IMG/VR virus record: IMGVR_UViG_3300045988_134824
Coordinates: 72,744 to 136,743 of that record
Reading direction: 5' to 3' (one strand)
DNA: 64,000 bases
Source of the DNA: a virus
Part shown: piece after piece, positions 19,746-29,904 of the stretch
Layout of the letters: the number at the start of each line of letters is the position of its first letter
Numbering within the stretch: the first letter of the stretch is position 1
Position numbers and translations under genes: made by a program
Notes under the pieces: generated by a model
Told to the model about the DNA's origin: nothing
The model's input: only the letters and a program-made list of their open reading frames with translations
The model's database searches: none

Positions 19746-20696
19746 ATGGCAGCAACACAGTTTGAAGTTATTGAAACAGTAAATAATAATAACGCAGAAG
19801 AATCTGAAACAAAGATTAAAAGACGCAAGGACGGAAATCCTAAATGGACTCGATCTAATAAACAAAAAGGCGTATCATCTTTGGTTTATCCGATTAAAAA
19901 CAAAGAAAAATTTGCAGCCTTTAATGCATATTTTAGAGATCAGATTGATAAATCGTACACGGAGTACAAACGATATGTAGCTGCCAGAAATAATCTTCTG
20001 GTTGCAGTTGGAAACAATACAGCGTATCGTATTTCTGATATTGTTAGACTCAAATGGGGCGATTTATTAGACGATAAGACTCGTAAGCAGGAAAAGAAAA
20101 CAAAGAAATTCAGAACTGTATACTTTAACGATTTGGTAACTGAAGCAGTGGATATTTTCTTTGAAGCTGTTGCAGGAACTAAATATGATGTCAAGATTGA
20201 TGGCAAAGTGCCAATGGATAATTATGTTTTCGGAACATGTAAATCTGGATCAGGGCACATGACAGAAGCAAATGCTTTGGATTTTGTTAAAAAAGGTGCT
20301 AAAGCAGTTGGAATTGAGGACAATATTGGTACACATACACTACGAAAGAACTTTGTGTATTGGACACTTGTTGATCATAAAGATGATCAGAACGTATTGT
20401 ATACACTTATGAGATTATTGAATCATAGTAGCCCTGCAATGACGTTTTTATATGCTACAATTACAGAAGAGGAAACTCATGTGTTATTTGATGATATTGC
20501 TCAGACGTATAAGGATATTATCAGCGGAGCATTTAACGGATTAAAGGAAAATGTTATTAATGTGAGTTATGATAGAGTTATGGAGATTATCAAGTGTGCT
20601 TATGATACTGGCAAGGATGATGCAGATCAAGATGATAGAGTACATGAGGACAATATGCAGGCACTCAAAGAGCTGCTGGAAGGAGTTATTTTATGA
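19746..20696 (+). CDS. tyrosine site-specific recombinase (phage integrase family)
   Basis: catalytic-residue pattern: AYRISDIVRLKWGDL (Arg box I), HTLRKNFV (H-x-x-R), LNHSSPAMTFLYATI (His/Tyr box II). Confidence 0.6.
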   Translation: MAATQFEVIETVNNNNAEESETKIKRRKDGNPKWTRSNKQKGVSSLVYPIKNKEKFAAFNAYFRDQIDKSYTEYKRYVAARNNLLVAVGNNTAYRISDIVRLKWGDLLDDKTRKQEKKTKKFRTVYFNDLVTEAVDIFFEAVAGTKYDVKIDGKVPMDNYVFGTCKSGSGHMTEANALDFVKKGAKAVGIEDNIGTHTLRKNFVYWTLVDHKDDQNVLYTLMRLLNHSSPAMTFLYATITEEETHVLFDDIAQTYKDIISGAFNGLKENVINVSYDRVMEIIKCAYDTGKDDADQDDRVHEDNMQALKELLEGVIL

Positions 20697-21439
20697 TATT
20701 TGTAACAGGAGATACGCATGGTGATTGGATGACTCGATTAAACAGTCGTTCTTTTCCTGAAGGAGTAGAGTTAACTAAAGATGATTACGTGATCATCTGC
20801 GGAGATTTTGGGCTATGGCATGACACAAAAGAAGAACGATATAATCTGGAATGGTTAGATAACAAACCATTTACTACTTTGTTTGTATGTGGGAACCATG
20901 AGAATTATGATCGGCTGTACGAATATCCTGTAGAAGAATGGAATGGCGGAAAGGTTCATAAGATTCGTGATTCTATTTTTCATCTCATGCGAGGGCAGAT
21001 ATTTGATATCCAGGGAAAGAGATTCTTTACGTTTGGTGGAGCTAGTTCTCACGATGTTCAGGATGGGATTTTAGAGCAAGACGATCCAAGAATTAATGAG
21101 TGGTATCGTGATTATGACAAAATGTTTAGGATCAATCATACGTCATGGTGGAAAGAGGAGTTGCCTTCAGAAGAAGAAATGACAGAAGGTATGATGAATC
21201 TGAAGCAGAATGGATCGCAAGTGGATTATATAATTACACATAGTCCATACGCATCTGCATTACGTCAAATGGATCAAGGATCAGGAGTGTACAAAACAGA
21301 TATATTGACGGATTATTTGCAAGAGATTAAAGAATCTGTTGAATATAAAAAGTGGTTCTTTGGACATATGCATGTGAACCAGAACTTTCCAGAAGATAAT
21401 GCGATTGCAATTTATGAGCAGATTATTAGAATTTTATAG
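20693..21439 (+). CDS. calcineurin-like metallophosphoesterase (Ser/Thr phosphatase family)
   Basis: GDTHGD, ICGDFGLW, CGNHEN motifs in canonical order. Confidence 0.7.
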   Translation: MIFVTGDTHGDWMTRLNSRSFPEGVELTKDDYVIICGDFGLWHDTKEERYNLEWLDNKPFTTLFVCGNHENYDRLYEYPVEEWNGGKVHKIRDSIFHLMRGQIFDIQGKRFFTFGGASSHDVQDGILEQDDPRINEWYRDYDKMFRINHTSWWKEELPSEEEMTEGMMNLKQNGSQVDYIITHSPYASALRQMDQGSGVYKTDILTDYLQEIKESVEYKKWFFGHMHVNQNFPEDNAIAIYEQIIRIL

Positions 21440-21450
21440 GAGAATTTTGT

Positions 21451-21771
21451 ATGAAGATAAATACGATTAGACAAAATAAGGAAGAAAAGAAAGCAAACCA
21501 GAATCTTATGTGGATTTCAGCAGAGATTCCACCACTAAAACCAGATAACGCATCACGTTATATGAGATATAAAACATATCCTGTAATCGTGGATTACAAA
21601 TATAATGATGGATGTGTGGACGAAGTGCTTGATTTCTGTGACTATGATTTTGAAGAAAAGAAATGGAAACTGGATAATCCTCATCAAGTTAGACAGTATT
21701 TCCCACTTCCAAGTAAGCACAAAGTAAAGTGTTCGAACAAAAAGAGAACATCTGTTCGAAAAATATCTTGA
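21451..21771 (+). CDS. hypothetical basic protein (106 aa)
   Basis: ORF. Confidence 0.4.
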   Translation: MKINTIRQNKEEKKANQNLMWISAEIPPLKPDNASRYMRYKTYPVIVDYKYNDGCVDEVLDFCDYDFEEKKWKLDNPHQVRQYFPLPSKHKVKCSNKKRTSVRKIS

Positions 21772-21881
21772 TTTTGTTCTATGGTAGCATTATAATAAGA
21801 AATGTAGAGATTCTTTGTTCACAACAAAAATTAACTTTCTTTCTTGCACCTATTGACAGGGTGCAAAAAGTATGGTATATT
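21768..21881 (+). promoter_or_regulatory. two promoters: TTGATT-17-TATAAT (21768-21796) and TTGACA-17-TATATT (21853-21881); the latter sits in inverted repeat TTGCACC-N9-GGTGCAA (21844-21866)
   Basis: hexamers, spacers and palindrome read directly. Confidence 0.5.
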
Positions 21882-21931
21882 TAATTCATGAAAACAAAAA
21901 ATGCAACTGGGGAAAGTTGAGGGACGTAAAA

Positions 21932-22381
21932 ATGAACGGATATACTAACAAAGAAAGAAAAGGAAACGATAACAGAAAAAGAAAAGAATATGTATATGGC
22001 AAATATCAAAATCCTCAAGTTTGGGGAATATATTTTGCAGATTTGCCGAAAATTGAAGGTAGTCATATCTTGCATGGGAAAAGACCAGTCATCGTATATT
22101 CTAATAATATTTGTAATAATACGAGCACAGAGATTAACGTGTATCCAATTACAAAAAAATTAAGGAACTGGATACCGACACATGTGACCATTTATCCAAA
22201 TACCAGTAATGGATTAAAAATGGTATCACAGGTGTATTTAGAGCAAGGAAGAACAATTCCAAAGAATAATCTTTTAGAGTATTGGGGAAGAATATCTGAT
22301 CTATCTTTAATGTTAAAAATAGGACATGGCATTTTAATACAAAACGGCATGTTATCGTACATGAATGCAATGGCATCCTAG
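21932..22381 (+). CDS. MazF/PemK-family endoribonuclease toxin-like protein with basic N-terminal extension (track ORF begins 21872; ATG 21932 has a better RBS)
   Basis: GKRPVIVYSNN...VYPITKK...THVTIYPNTSNGLKMVSQVYLEQGRTIPKNNLLEYWGRIS matches PemK/MazF fold signature. Confidence 0.6.
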   Translation: MNGYTNKERKGNDNRKRKEYVYGKYQNPQVWGIYFADLPKIEGSHILHGKRPVIVYSNNICNNTSTEINVYPITKKLRNWIPTHVTIYPNTSNGLKMVSQVYLEQGRTIPKNNLLEYWGRISDLSLMLKIGHGILIQNGMLSYMNAMAS

Positions 22382-22383
22382 AA

Positions 22384-23412
22384 ATGGAGAATATTATGAA
22401 TAATAAAGAATTGATACAAAATTATATAGATTCTCACGTATCAGAATCACGTCGCCCAACATGGAATTGGTTGTTAGATTCTGATATTGCGGACGACAAT
22501 GAATCTGGGTTAACGTATGCACCAGGTACAATCCAAGAGGCTATATTATCAGATACTAGAGGTAAAAAAACCAAAAGTATGAATTCTATTAAAAAAAGAT
22601 ATGACCAGCTCGTTAAACTATATACTTATGCATATGAACAAAATTACATTAAATATAATCCATTTGTTAATGATAAATTTATAAACTTGCAATTAGCAGT
22701 TGATATATATTTTTCAAATAGAGTTAATGTTAATTATGTTACACCAGATAAAATAAATGCGTTTATTTCGAATCTGATGTCGTGCAATGCATCAGCCGAT
22801 ACCAAATTGAATACTAGATTTCATATTGTGAGTTTATATAATGGGATAAATGGAAAGGAGTTAAGAAATCTAAAATTCTCAGATATTAATCAAAATGATT
22901 TAACAATTTTTGGGAAACCAGTCTCCAAAGATTTTATCGAGACATTGAATGAATATAAATTGAAAATGGGAGATACGAATATATATGATGATTTTGTATT
23001 AATACCACGAAAAAAATGTAATAATATAGAAGAATATCAAGCAGAGCAAAAGAGGATATATAATAATGTGCAGTCTCAATTAGAATTAACTGGTAACACT
23101 TTATCTTATGAGAAATTGACAACCATTGATGTTATTAATTCTGGTTTTATACAATATTTAAAATCTAAAATGGATATCAAGGCAATTGCAGATTTATATT
23201 ATATTAAATCAAAAGAAGGAATCGCACGATCTATAATCGCACGTCAATTTAGTGAAATTGCAATTGAATTTTATTATAATTATTATATATCATATAGATT
23301 AAAAAAGAAACAATTTAGTGATCGTCAAACTGTAATTGGTAAAACTATTGGTTATTTATATAAAGATGAGGACTATAAGAATTATCGTGTACATCAAATT
23401 ATGACAGAATAA
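22384..23412 (+). CDS. hypothetical N/K/Y-rich protein; weak resemblance to integrase N-terminal SAM-like domain, no catalytic motifs seen
   Basis: KRYDQLVKLYTYAYEQNYIKYNPF; strongly AT-skewed composition. Confidence 0.4.
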   Translation: MENIMNNKELIQNYIDSHVSESRRPTWNWLLDSDIADDNESGLTYAPGTIQEAILSDTRGKKTKSMNSIKKRYDQLVKLYTYAYEQNYIKYNPFVNDKFINLQLAVDIYFSNRVNVNYVTPDKINAFISNLMSCNASADTKLNTRFHIVSLYNGINGKELRNLKFSDINQNDLTIFGKPVSKDFIETLNEYKLKMGDTNIYDDFVLIPRKKCNNIEEYQAEQKRIYNNVQSQLELTGNTLSYEKLTTIDVINSGFIQYLKSKMDIKAIADLYYIKSKEGIARSIIARQFSEIAIEFYYNYYISYRLKKKQFSDRQTVIGKTIGYLYKDEDYKNYRVHQIMTE

Positions 23413-23426
23413 AGGAAGGTATATGT

Positions 23427-23792
23427 ATGGACAATCAAATATTAAAAACATTGGTAGCGAATCAATCAAATCAAATGCATATTGATGTACTTGATTTACA
23501 CTCATCAGAAATGTCATCGTGGTTTCTGAGTGAATATAAGATTCGAGCAGATGATAGAAAGATGAAGATCTATGGCAAAGATAAAGATCTTTCATATCAT
23601 TGGATCGAATTTATTCAAGATGAGAATTTGTTCTCTCATATTAGGCAGGACGACATATTTGACATAATCAAATGCCTGCAATTTACATACAAAGAGAGAT
23701 ACAATGTTGGAATAAAAATACAGACAATAAAAAAGAAAGCAGAAGTCTTTGGTAAAACTTCTACTTTCACACAAACTAAAAATTTCAACTAA
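23427..23792 (+). CDS. hypothetical protein (121 aa)
   Basis: ORF with RBS. Confidence 0.4.
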   Translation: MDNQILKTLVANQSNQMHIDVLDLHSSEMSSWFLSEYKIRADDRKMKIYGKDKDLSYHWIEFIQDENLFSHIRQDDIFDIIKCLQFTYKERYNVGIKIQTIKKKAEVFGKTSTFTQTKNFN

Positions 23793-23867
23793 ACAAATCA
23801 TAGATAACAAAAAAAGATTTTTTGAATCTACCGTGTTGGCAGCACGATAGAAAATCGAATTAAGTAT

Positions 23868-23935
23868 TTAGAATTGTTTAATAGATAAGGATATTATTAT
23901 CCTTAAAATCATTATAACAATTCTAAACATGTTCG
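23868..23935. repeat. inverted repeat gaattgtt..aacaattc enclosing palindrome AAGGATA-ttatt-ATCCTTA
   Basis: read directly in intergenic region. Confidence 0.4.
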
Positions 23936-23985
23936 TCAACATGAAAATTTTTCCAAAAAACTACAATTAAATACAGGAGTGATGT

Positions 23986-24636
23986 ATGAAATACATAATT
24001 ACGAATGAAGAGTTCTATGTGAAAAGAGATCATGCAAGAAATAAATACGTTCGTGATAATCGTAAGTCTGAAGCTACTCAATTTACCTCCAAGCAAGCAA
24101 AGCACATTTTAGGTTTGAAGCATAAATATACGTGGATGAAAGACGGATTTCATGCCAGAGAAATTGAGCTAGGTAAAGTTGGAAAACCTATGGAATCTAG
24201 TGAAATAATGCGTAAAGGTAATGGAAATTGCTTTATGGATTGGGAATGTGATAATACATTGATCGACAATATAGAGACTGAAGAAAGAGCTATAGTAGGA
24301 CTTCTAGCATATGACTCAGATCAATTAGGAGAAAAGAAGTTTGAATTAGAGCAGGCATTATCATATGCCGATTCTGCCAGAAGTGATATTCTTCATGCGA
24401 TTGAGTTTAAAAAGATTGATGCTGCGAAACGTGCAGTGATTGTTGGGTATCTTAAAACCTTACAAGAATTGCATAGAAAAATCAAGAATTGTATTCGATA
24501 CATAGAAGTGATGCAGAATTGCATGGATAATCAGAAAGATATATGTACTTTGAAGAAAGAATTAAAAGATGCAGAACATAAGTCGTATGTCGGCAGGACA
24601 AAGTATTATGAGCTTATCCAGAATATAATTGGGTAG
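23986..24636 (+). CDS. hypothetical protein (216 aa)
   Basis: ORF with RBS caggagtgatgtATG. Confidence 0.45.
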   Translation: MKYIITNEEFYVKRDHARNKYVRDNRKSEATQFTSKQAKHILGLKHKYTWMKDGFHAREIELGKVGKPMESSEIMRKGNGNCFMDWECDNTLIDNIETEERAIVGLLAYDSDQLGEKKFELEQALSYADSARSDILHAIEFKKIDAAKRAVIVGYLKTLQELHRKIKNCIRYIEVMQNCMDNQKDICTLKKELKDAEHKSYVGRTKYYELIQNIIG

Positions 24637-24719
24637 AGTTTCTTCCTTATTATATGTAATGACTCGCACAGGCATTTGTGCAAAATTAAAATGTAAAATT
24701 ATAACTTAGGAGGTATTTA

Positions 24720-25544
24720 ATGACAGAAGAAAAGAATGGTGTAAATGAAGCATTGAATACGTTAGTGTTTAATAATGATGAGTTTGGAAATATCCGCACA
24801 GTGATTTTAGATAATAATCCGTGGTTTGTAGGGAAAGACGTAGCCAGTTGCCTTGGGTATGTAGATACGGTAAATGCATTAAAGAAACATATTGATGCCG
24901 AAGATAAGCGATTATTTCTAAGGTGTCAAATCGCCACCTTAGAAAATGTACCAAACAGAGGACTTACATTTATTAATGAATCTGGTCTATATGCTTTAAT
25001 TTTTGGAAGCAAGCTTGATAGTGCGAAAGAATTTAAACATTGGGTAACATCCGAAGTTCTTCCACAGATCCGTAAGACAGGTGGTTATATCCCAATTGAT
25101 AAAGAAGATGATGATTTAACTATCATGGCGAAAGCATTGAATATTATGCAAAACACTTTGGTACAAAAGGATGAACTATTAGCCCAGAAAGAAGAAGTTA
25201 TCAATCAGCAGAAACCACTTGTTGATTTTGCCAATACAGTCAGTGCCACAGAAACAATGGTTGACATGAAAACAATGGCAAAGCTTCTTGAGAAAGAAAA
25301 TCAAGATATTCATATGGGCAGAAACAAATTATTTGCGTGGTTAAGAAAAGAAGGGTATCTCATGTCAGATAATACCCCATATGAAAGATATGTTAAGCAG
25401 GGCATTTTCAAATTAACAGAAAGTGAAGTTGAAACTAAGAATGGAAACAAGTTGATCACCAAAACATATGTGACTGGCAAAGGGCAATTATACTTGGCAA
25501 AGAAATTAGCACAATACTTTGCCTCACAGAGTGCATCAGCTTAG
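24720..25544 (+). CDS. phage antirepressor, Bro-N N-terminal domain plus KilA-C (ANT) C-terminal domain
   Basis: N: NPWFVGKDVASCLGY...NESGLYALIFGSKLDSAKEFKHWVTSEVLPQIRKTG. C: TMAKLL...GRNKLFAWLRKEGYLM...VTGKGQLYLAKKL. Confidence 0.65.
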   Translation: MTEEKNGVNEALNTLVFNNDEFGNIRTVILDNNPWFVGKDVASCLGYVDTVNALKKHIDAEDKRLFLRCQIATLENVPNRGLTFINESGLYALIFGSKLDSAKEFKHWVTSEVLPQIRKTGGYIPIDKEDDDLTIMAKALNIMQNTLVQKDELLAQKEEVINQQKPLVDFANTVSATETMVDMKTMAKLLEKENQDIHMGRNKLFAWLRKEGYLMSDNTPYERYVKQGIFKLTESEVETKNGNKLITKTYVTGKGQLYLAKKLAQYFASQSASA

Positions 25545-25558
25545 AGAGGAGACAAAGA

Positions 25559-26848
25559 ATGGAAGAAAATAAAACGGGCGTTTGGATGCAGACTAAAGGC
25601 AGACACAGGAAGAGACTTGATAGTGATGATGAAATTCGTTTGAACATTGGAGATTATATACAAGTATTTTCCGATGTTAATAATGTACTTTTCAAGGTAG
25701 TAAGTGTCGAATATAACAGAAGTAGAGGATCGGGCTTTCAAAAACTTTTGCCTGTATGTAGTGTATTTGGGGAAGATGATAAAGCCATTGATCCAACAGC
25801 TACAGGGTTACATCGTTTAATATATACGAAAATAGATAGTAATAATAAGATGTGGTTTGATGGTGATTTATATAGGTATATTAATTGTGTTGCTCGAACT
25901 TCAGATGAACTACAGGTTGTGCTTATTCGTGGAACAATGAACGAGGATCTTGAGATTCATACAGGTGCGATTTTAGCTGACGAAATAAAAATTGGAACAT
26001 TAGCCCCACCACCACTTTCAGAAAGAAGAGTGTCTACTCTGCCACACTATCAGCAAAAACCAATTACTGCAACGTCAGAAGCAGAAAAGAATTGGTGGAA
26101 AGAATGTTGTGGAGGATCCGAAACTGAACGTGGATTACGAGCAGACGCACCAACACATATTGATTGGAATGGTGAAATGAGTGCAACTTTAACATTTGCG
26201 TCAGAAAAATTGGATGAAATCATGAGTGAACTTACAGGAAACGAAGAGGAGAAAGATATGAATACGAAGAATTTAAAAGAAATGATCAAAAAACCAATCT
26301 ATGTTGATAAGGAAATTACAATAAAAGAACCGATGTTAGATGGTAATGGTAAACAGATTGAAAAAGATGGTAAACCAGTGTTTAAAATTAAACATTATCA
26401 TGGAATGGTTAAAGTATTATGGAATTGCGGAGCAGAAACTGTTGCGTATGTAGAAGGAAATGATGTGTATGACAGAGAAAATGGCTTCAAAACCTGTGTA
26501 TTAAAATACCTTTGCGGCAACGCAGGTGCTCATGATGCAGTTGACTTCTGGACAAACAAATATGTGAAATATCCAAGCAGCTGCATTGAAGTGACAGAAA
26601 ACTTATGTAAATTAGAAAAAATTCTTGAGAAGGATGAATATAGAAAAGATGATCAGAAAGGTTTGCCTCATGCGAAGTTCTTTAGGGAAATCAAAGATGA
26701 AATGTTGTTTGACACATATGATGACGAAAGTCTTAAAAATATTAATGAATTCAAGAAACTTGCAAAAAAATATTTTCCAAAGCTTAAAGGTAAAGAAATT
26801 TACATTAATGACAACAAACAGGATGAAAAATTCGTAGCAATTAAATAA
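25559..26848 (+). CDS. hypothetical protein (429 aa)
   Basis: ORF with RBS. Confidence 0.5.
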   Translation: MEENKTGVWMQTKGRHRKRLDSDDEIRLNIGDYIQVFSDVNNVLFKVVSVEYNRSRGSGFQKLLPVCSVFGEDDKAIDPTATGLHRLIYTKIDSNNKMWFDGDLYRYINCVARTSDELQVVLIRGTMNEDLEIHTGAILADEIKIGTLAPPPLSERRVSTLPHYQQKPITATSEAEKNWWKECCGGSETERGLRADAPTHIDWNGEMSATLTFASEKLDEIMSELTGNEEEKDMNTKNLKEMIKKPIYVDKEITIKEPMLDGNGKQIEKDGKPVFKIKHYHGMVKVLWNCGAETVAYVEGNDVYDRENGFKTCVLKYLCGNAGAHDAVDFWTNKYVKYPSSCIEVTENLCKLEKILEKDEYRKDDQKGLPHAKFFREIKDEMLFDTYDDESLKNINEFKKLAKKYFPKLKGKEIYINDNKQDEKFVAIK

Positions 26849-26869
26849 TACATAAAAAGGAGATAAATT

Positions 26870-28939
26870 ATGTGCACACCAATGAATGAAAACTGGAGCA
26901 ATTTTTTAAACAAATTATCAGAGCGTTTAAATAAAATGCTCGACTATGTGGAGAAAAACAACTCTACATTGTATGAAACTGATATTGATAAAGATGTGCT
27001 GTGGGAAGTATATCTGAGCAGTTTTCCTGAAGGAACTAATAAGATGTATCGCAAGCGAAGAGAATATGACTGTGGTCATTGCCGAAACTTTATTAAAACA
27101 ATCGGTGGAGCTGTGGCAATTGTTGACGGCAAGATTCATACGATCTGGGAGATTGATACCGATGATGTAGTATTTCAGCCAGTAGTTGATGCTTTACGGA
27201 CATACGTAGAATCAAAGCCAATTAAAGATATTTGGAGACATTTTACAAATACAGTTGGAGTAAAAAGTACAAATGAGTATACAGAAGATAAGCAGATTAT
27301 CAAATGGACTCATATGTATACACCGATTCCAGAGAGATTACTAGAAAGAAAATCCGATATTCCTACAGCAAAAGCAAAAGTTAGAGATCGAAAGAATGTG
27401 TTCAAAAGATCGCTTGATGAAATCACAGAAGAAGCTGTTGATACAGTATTAGAACTGATTGCTTCAAATACTCTTTATAGAGGACAGGAATGGGAAAGAG
27501 TATTAAAAGATTTTAGAAAATATCAGCGAGAATACAACGGTTTGTCAGATGAAGAAAAAGATACATACACATGGACAAAAGCCATGACGATCGGAGATGT
27601 AATTGGTCGTATTAGAAACCATAGTATCGGTACATTACTTGTGAATATCAGCGAAGGTATGGATTTAGATAATGCAGTAAAAGCTTATGAAAATGTTGTA
27701 GCTCCTGCGAATTACAAACGACCAAAGGCAATTTTTACGAAGAAAATGCTTGAGGATGCAAAGAAAACTGTAACCGATTTAGGATATATGGATTCATTGC
27801 AGCGTAGATTTGCAAGACTTGACGATATTACGGTAAACAATATTCTGTTTTGTAATCGTGATGCAGCACCACGTATCCAGGGCGGCTTAGATATTTTTGA
27901 TGAGATGAGTAAGGAAGTCGCTGTAAATCCTAAGAAATTCTCTAAAGTAGAAGAGATCAGTGCAGAGAAATTTGTATCAGATGTTCTTCCAACCGCAAAA
28001 GAATTAGAAGTCTTGTTTGAAAATCGACATAAGAAGAACATGGTTTCACTGATCGCACCTGTAAACAAAGATGCCAAGAACATGATGAAGTGGAGCAATC
28101 CTTTCAGTTGGGCATATTCAGGAAATATGACAGATAGCGAGATGAAAGAACGAGTTAAGAACGCAGGCGGAGCAGTTGATGGTGTCTTAAGATTTTCAAT
28201 CCAGTGGAACGCAGGAAAAGATTGGAACAGAGATGACTTTGACGCACATTGTAAAACACCTTGTCAGCATATTTTCTTTAGTCATATGTTTGATTCTGGA
28301 ACACGAGGCAGACTTGATGTTGATGTGATTAATCCAGTAAAGGGGAAACCTGCTGTAGAAAATATTACATGGGCGGATAAATCCAAGATGGTTGATGGAG
28401 ATTATGAATTTTTCGTACACAATTATTGCCATAGCAACGGTACATCAGGATTTACAGCAGAGATTGAATTTGATGGTCAGATTTATGAATTTGAATACGA
28501 TCAGCCTTTGCGACAGGGACAAAACGTGCCAGTGGCTACAGTTACATTAAAAGATGGAGTATTCACAATCAAAGAGAAACTTCCATCTACAACATCTTCA
28601 AGAGAAATCTGGGGTGTCAATACAAATCAGTTTGTGCCAGTAACAGTAATGTGTTATTCGCCTAACTATTGGGATGAACAGACAGGTATTGGACACAAAC
28701 ATTATCTGTTCATGTTAAACGGATGTGTAAATGAAGATACTCCAAATGGATTCTTCAATGAGTTCTTGAAACAGGAATTAGTACAGCACAAGAGAGTATT
28801 CGAGGCTTTAGGAAGTAAGATGCATGTCGCAGATGATCAAAACCAGTTATCAGGAATTGGTTTTAGTTCTACAAAACGAGATGATGTGATCGTCAAAGTC
28901 AAGGGCGCTACTGAAAGAGTTCTTAAAATTAAATTTTAA
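26870..28939 (+). CDS. large hypothetical protein (689 aa)
   Basis: long ORF with RBS aaggagataaattATG; no family recognised. Confidence 0.5.
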   Translation: MCTPMNENWSNFLNKLSERLNKMLDYVEKNNSTLYETDIDKDVLWEVYLSSFPEGTNKMYRKRREYDCGHCRNFIKTIGGAVAIVDGKIHTIWEIDTDDVVFQPVVDALRTYVESKPIKDIWRHFTNTVGVKSTNEYTEDKQIIKWTHMYTPIPERLLERKSDIPTAKAKVRDRKNVFKRSLDEITEEAVDTVLELIASNTLYRGQEWERVLKDFRKYQREYNGLSDEEKDTYTWTKAMTIGDVIGRIRNHSIGTLLVNISEGMDLDNAVKAYENVVAPANYKRPKAIFTKKMLEDAKKTVTDLGYMDSLQRRFARLDDITVNNILFCNRDAAPRIQGGLDIFDEMSKEVAVNPKKFSKVEEISAEKFVSDVLPTAKELEVLFENRHKKNMVSLIAPVNKDAKNMMKWSNPFSWAYSGNMTDSEMKERVKNAGGAVDGVLRFSIQWNAGKDWNRDDFDAHCKTPCQHIFFSHMFDSGTRGRLDVDVINPVKGKPAVENITWADKSKMVDGDYEFFVHNYCHSNGTSGFTAEIEFDGQIYEFEYDQPLRQGQNVPVATVTLKDGVFTIKEKLPSTTSSREIWGVNTNQFVPVTVMCYSPNYWDEQTGIGHKHYLFMLNGCVNEDTPNGFFNEFLKQELVQHKRVFEALGSKMHVADDQNQLSGIGFSSTKRDDVIVKVKGATERVLKIKF

Positions 28940-28959
28940 TATAAAAAGGAGATTGAATT

Positions 28960-29349
28960 ATGACAACAGAAAATTTATTCGAAATGGCAACAAGAAGTAA
29001 ATTGAGATTCCCATCAACAAAGGGCGAATTATCCGTAGAAGATTTATGGGATTTATCTGATAAAGATTTAGACGTGGTTTATAAAAATCTGAAAGATCAG
29101 GAAGTTAAATCTTCAGAAGAAAGTCTGTTGGATGATGCAAATGTTGATCCAAAGTTAACAGCTGCGATTGGTATTGTGAAGTATATCTTTATAACAAAAC
29201 GTAATGAGAGACTTGCTGAGAAGGAACGTATTAATAAGAAACTGACACAGAGAAAATATATTGATGCTCTTTCCAAGAAACAGGATGAGGCTATTGAGAA
29301 GATGTCAGAAGCAGAATTACGTGCGATGATTGATTCTTTAGAAGATTAA
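28960..29349 (+). CDS. hypothetical coiled-coil protein (129 aa)
   Basis: ORF. Confidence 0.45.
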   Translation: MTTENLFEMATRSKLRFPSTKGELSVEDLWDLSDKDLDVVYKNLKDQEVKSSEESLLDDANVDPKLTAAIGIVKYIFITKRNERLAEKERINKKLTQRKYIDALSKKQDEAIEKMSEAELRAMIDSLED

Positions 29350-29406
29350 GATGATATACCTGCTCGTCATATTTGACGGGTGGGTGCCTAAAGAAAGGAG
29401 ACTGGA

Positions 29407-29874
29407 ATGATTTATAAATTAGAATTAGGCAACTGGTCGGAAGATGGGCATAAAATATCAGAAAGTTTTTTATTTGATTGTAACTATGATATTCATAAAA
29501 TTCGACAAGCGTATAAAGACAGCTGTAAAAAGCTAGGAGTAGGTTTTAATTGTAATGAAGATTATACGGGGCTAGGTCTTGGTTGTAGAAGTGAGAGACT
29601 GATTTGGACAGAGTATCAAGAATCAGAAATTAGCGAAACAGCATTTGAAATTTTAAATAATTCTGGGTGTTTTAAAGAGGTTGATTTCTATAAAGAAGAT
29701 GGCGTGTATTATATCGAAGAAAGGAAAGACTGTGCAAAACTTATTATGAATTTTATCGCATTGTCTATGCCTAAAGATTTTCGATATAAGCTTGTCAAAG
29801 AGCGAAAAGTTGAATCGATTAATAGTTGGAATCATGAACTGAGACAGCACTTTGGGTATGGATTATTTGATTAA
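29407..29874 (+). CDS. hypothetical protein (155 aa)
   Basis: ORF. Confidence 0.45.
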   Translation: MIYKLELGNWSEDGHKISESFLFDCNYDIHKIRQAYKDSCKKLGVGFNCNEDYTGLGLGCRSERLIWTEYQESEISETAFEILNNSGCFKEVDFYKEDGVYYIEERKDCAKLIMNFIALSMPKDFRYKLVKERKVESINSWNHELRQHFGYGLFD

Positions 29875-29904
29875 TAAAACAGTAATTTAAAGGAAGGAGA
29901 GAAA

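Noticed and set aside
21872-21931. Upstream start (track) for the MazF-like ORF
   Set aside because: ATG 21872 lies inside the -10 region of the adjacent promoter and lacks an RBS. ATG 21932 has GAGGGA 7 nt upstream.
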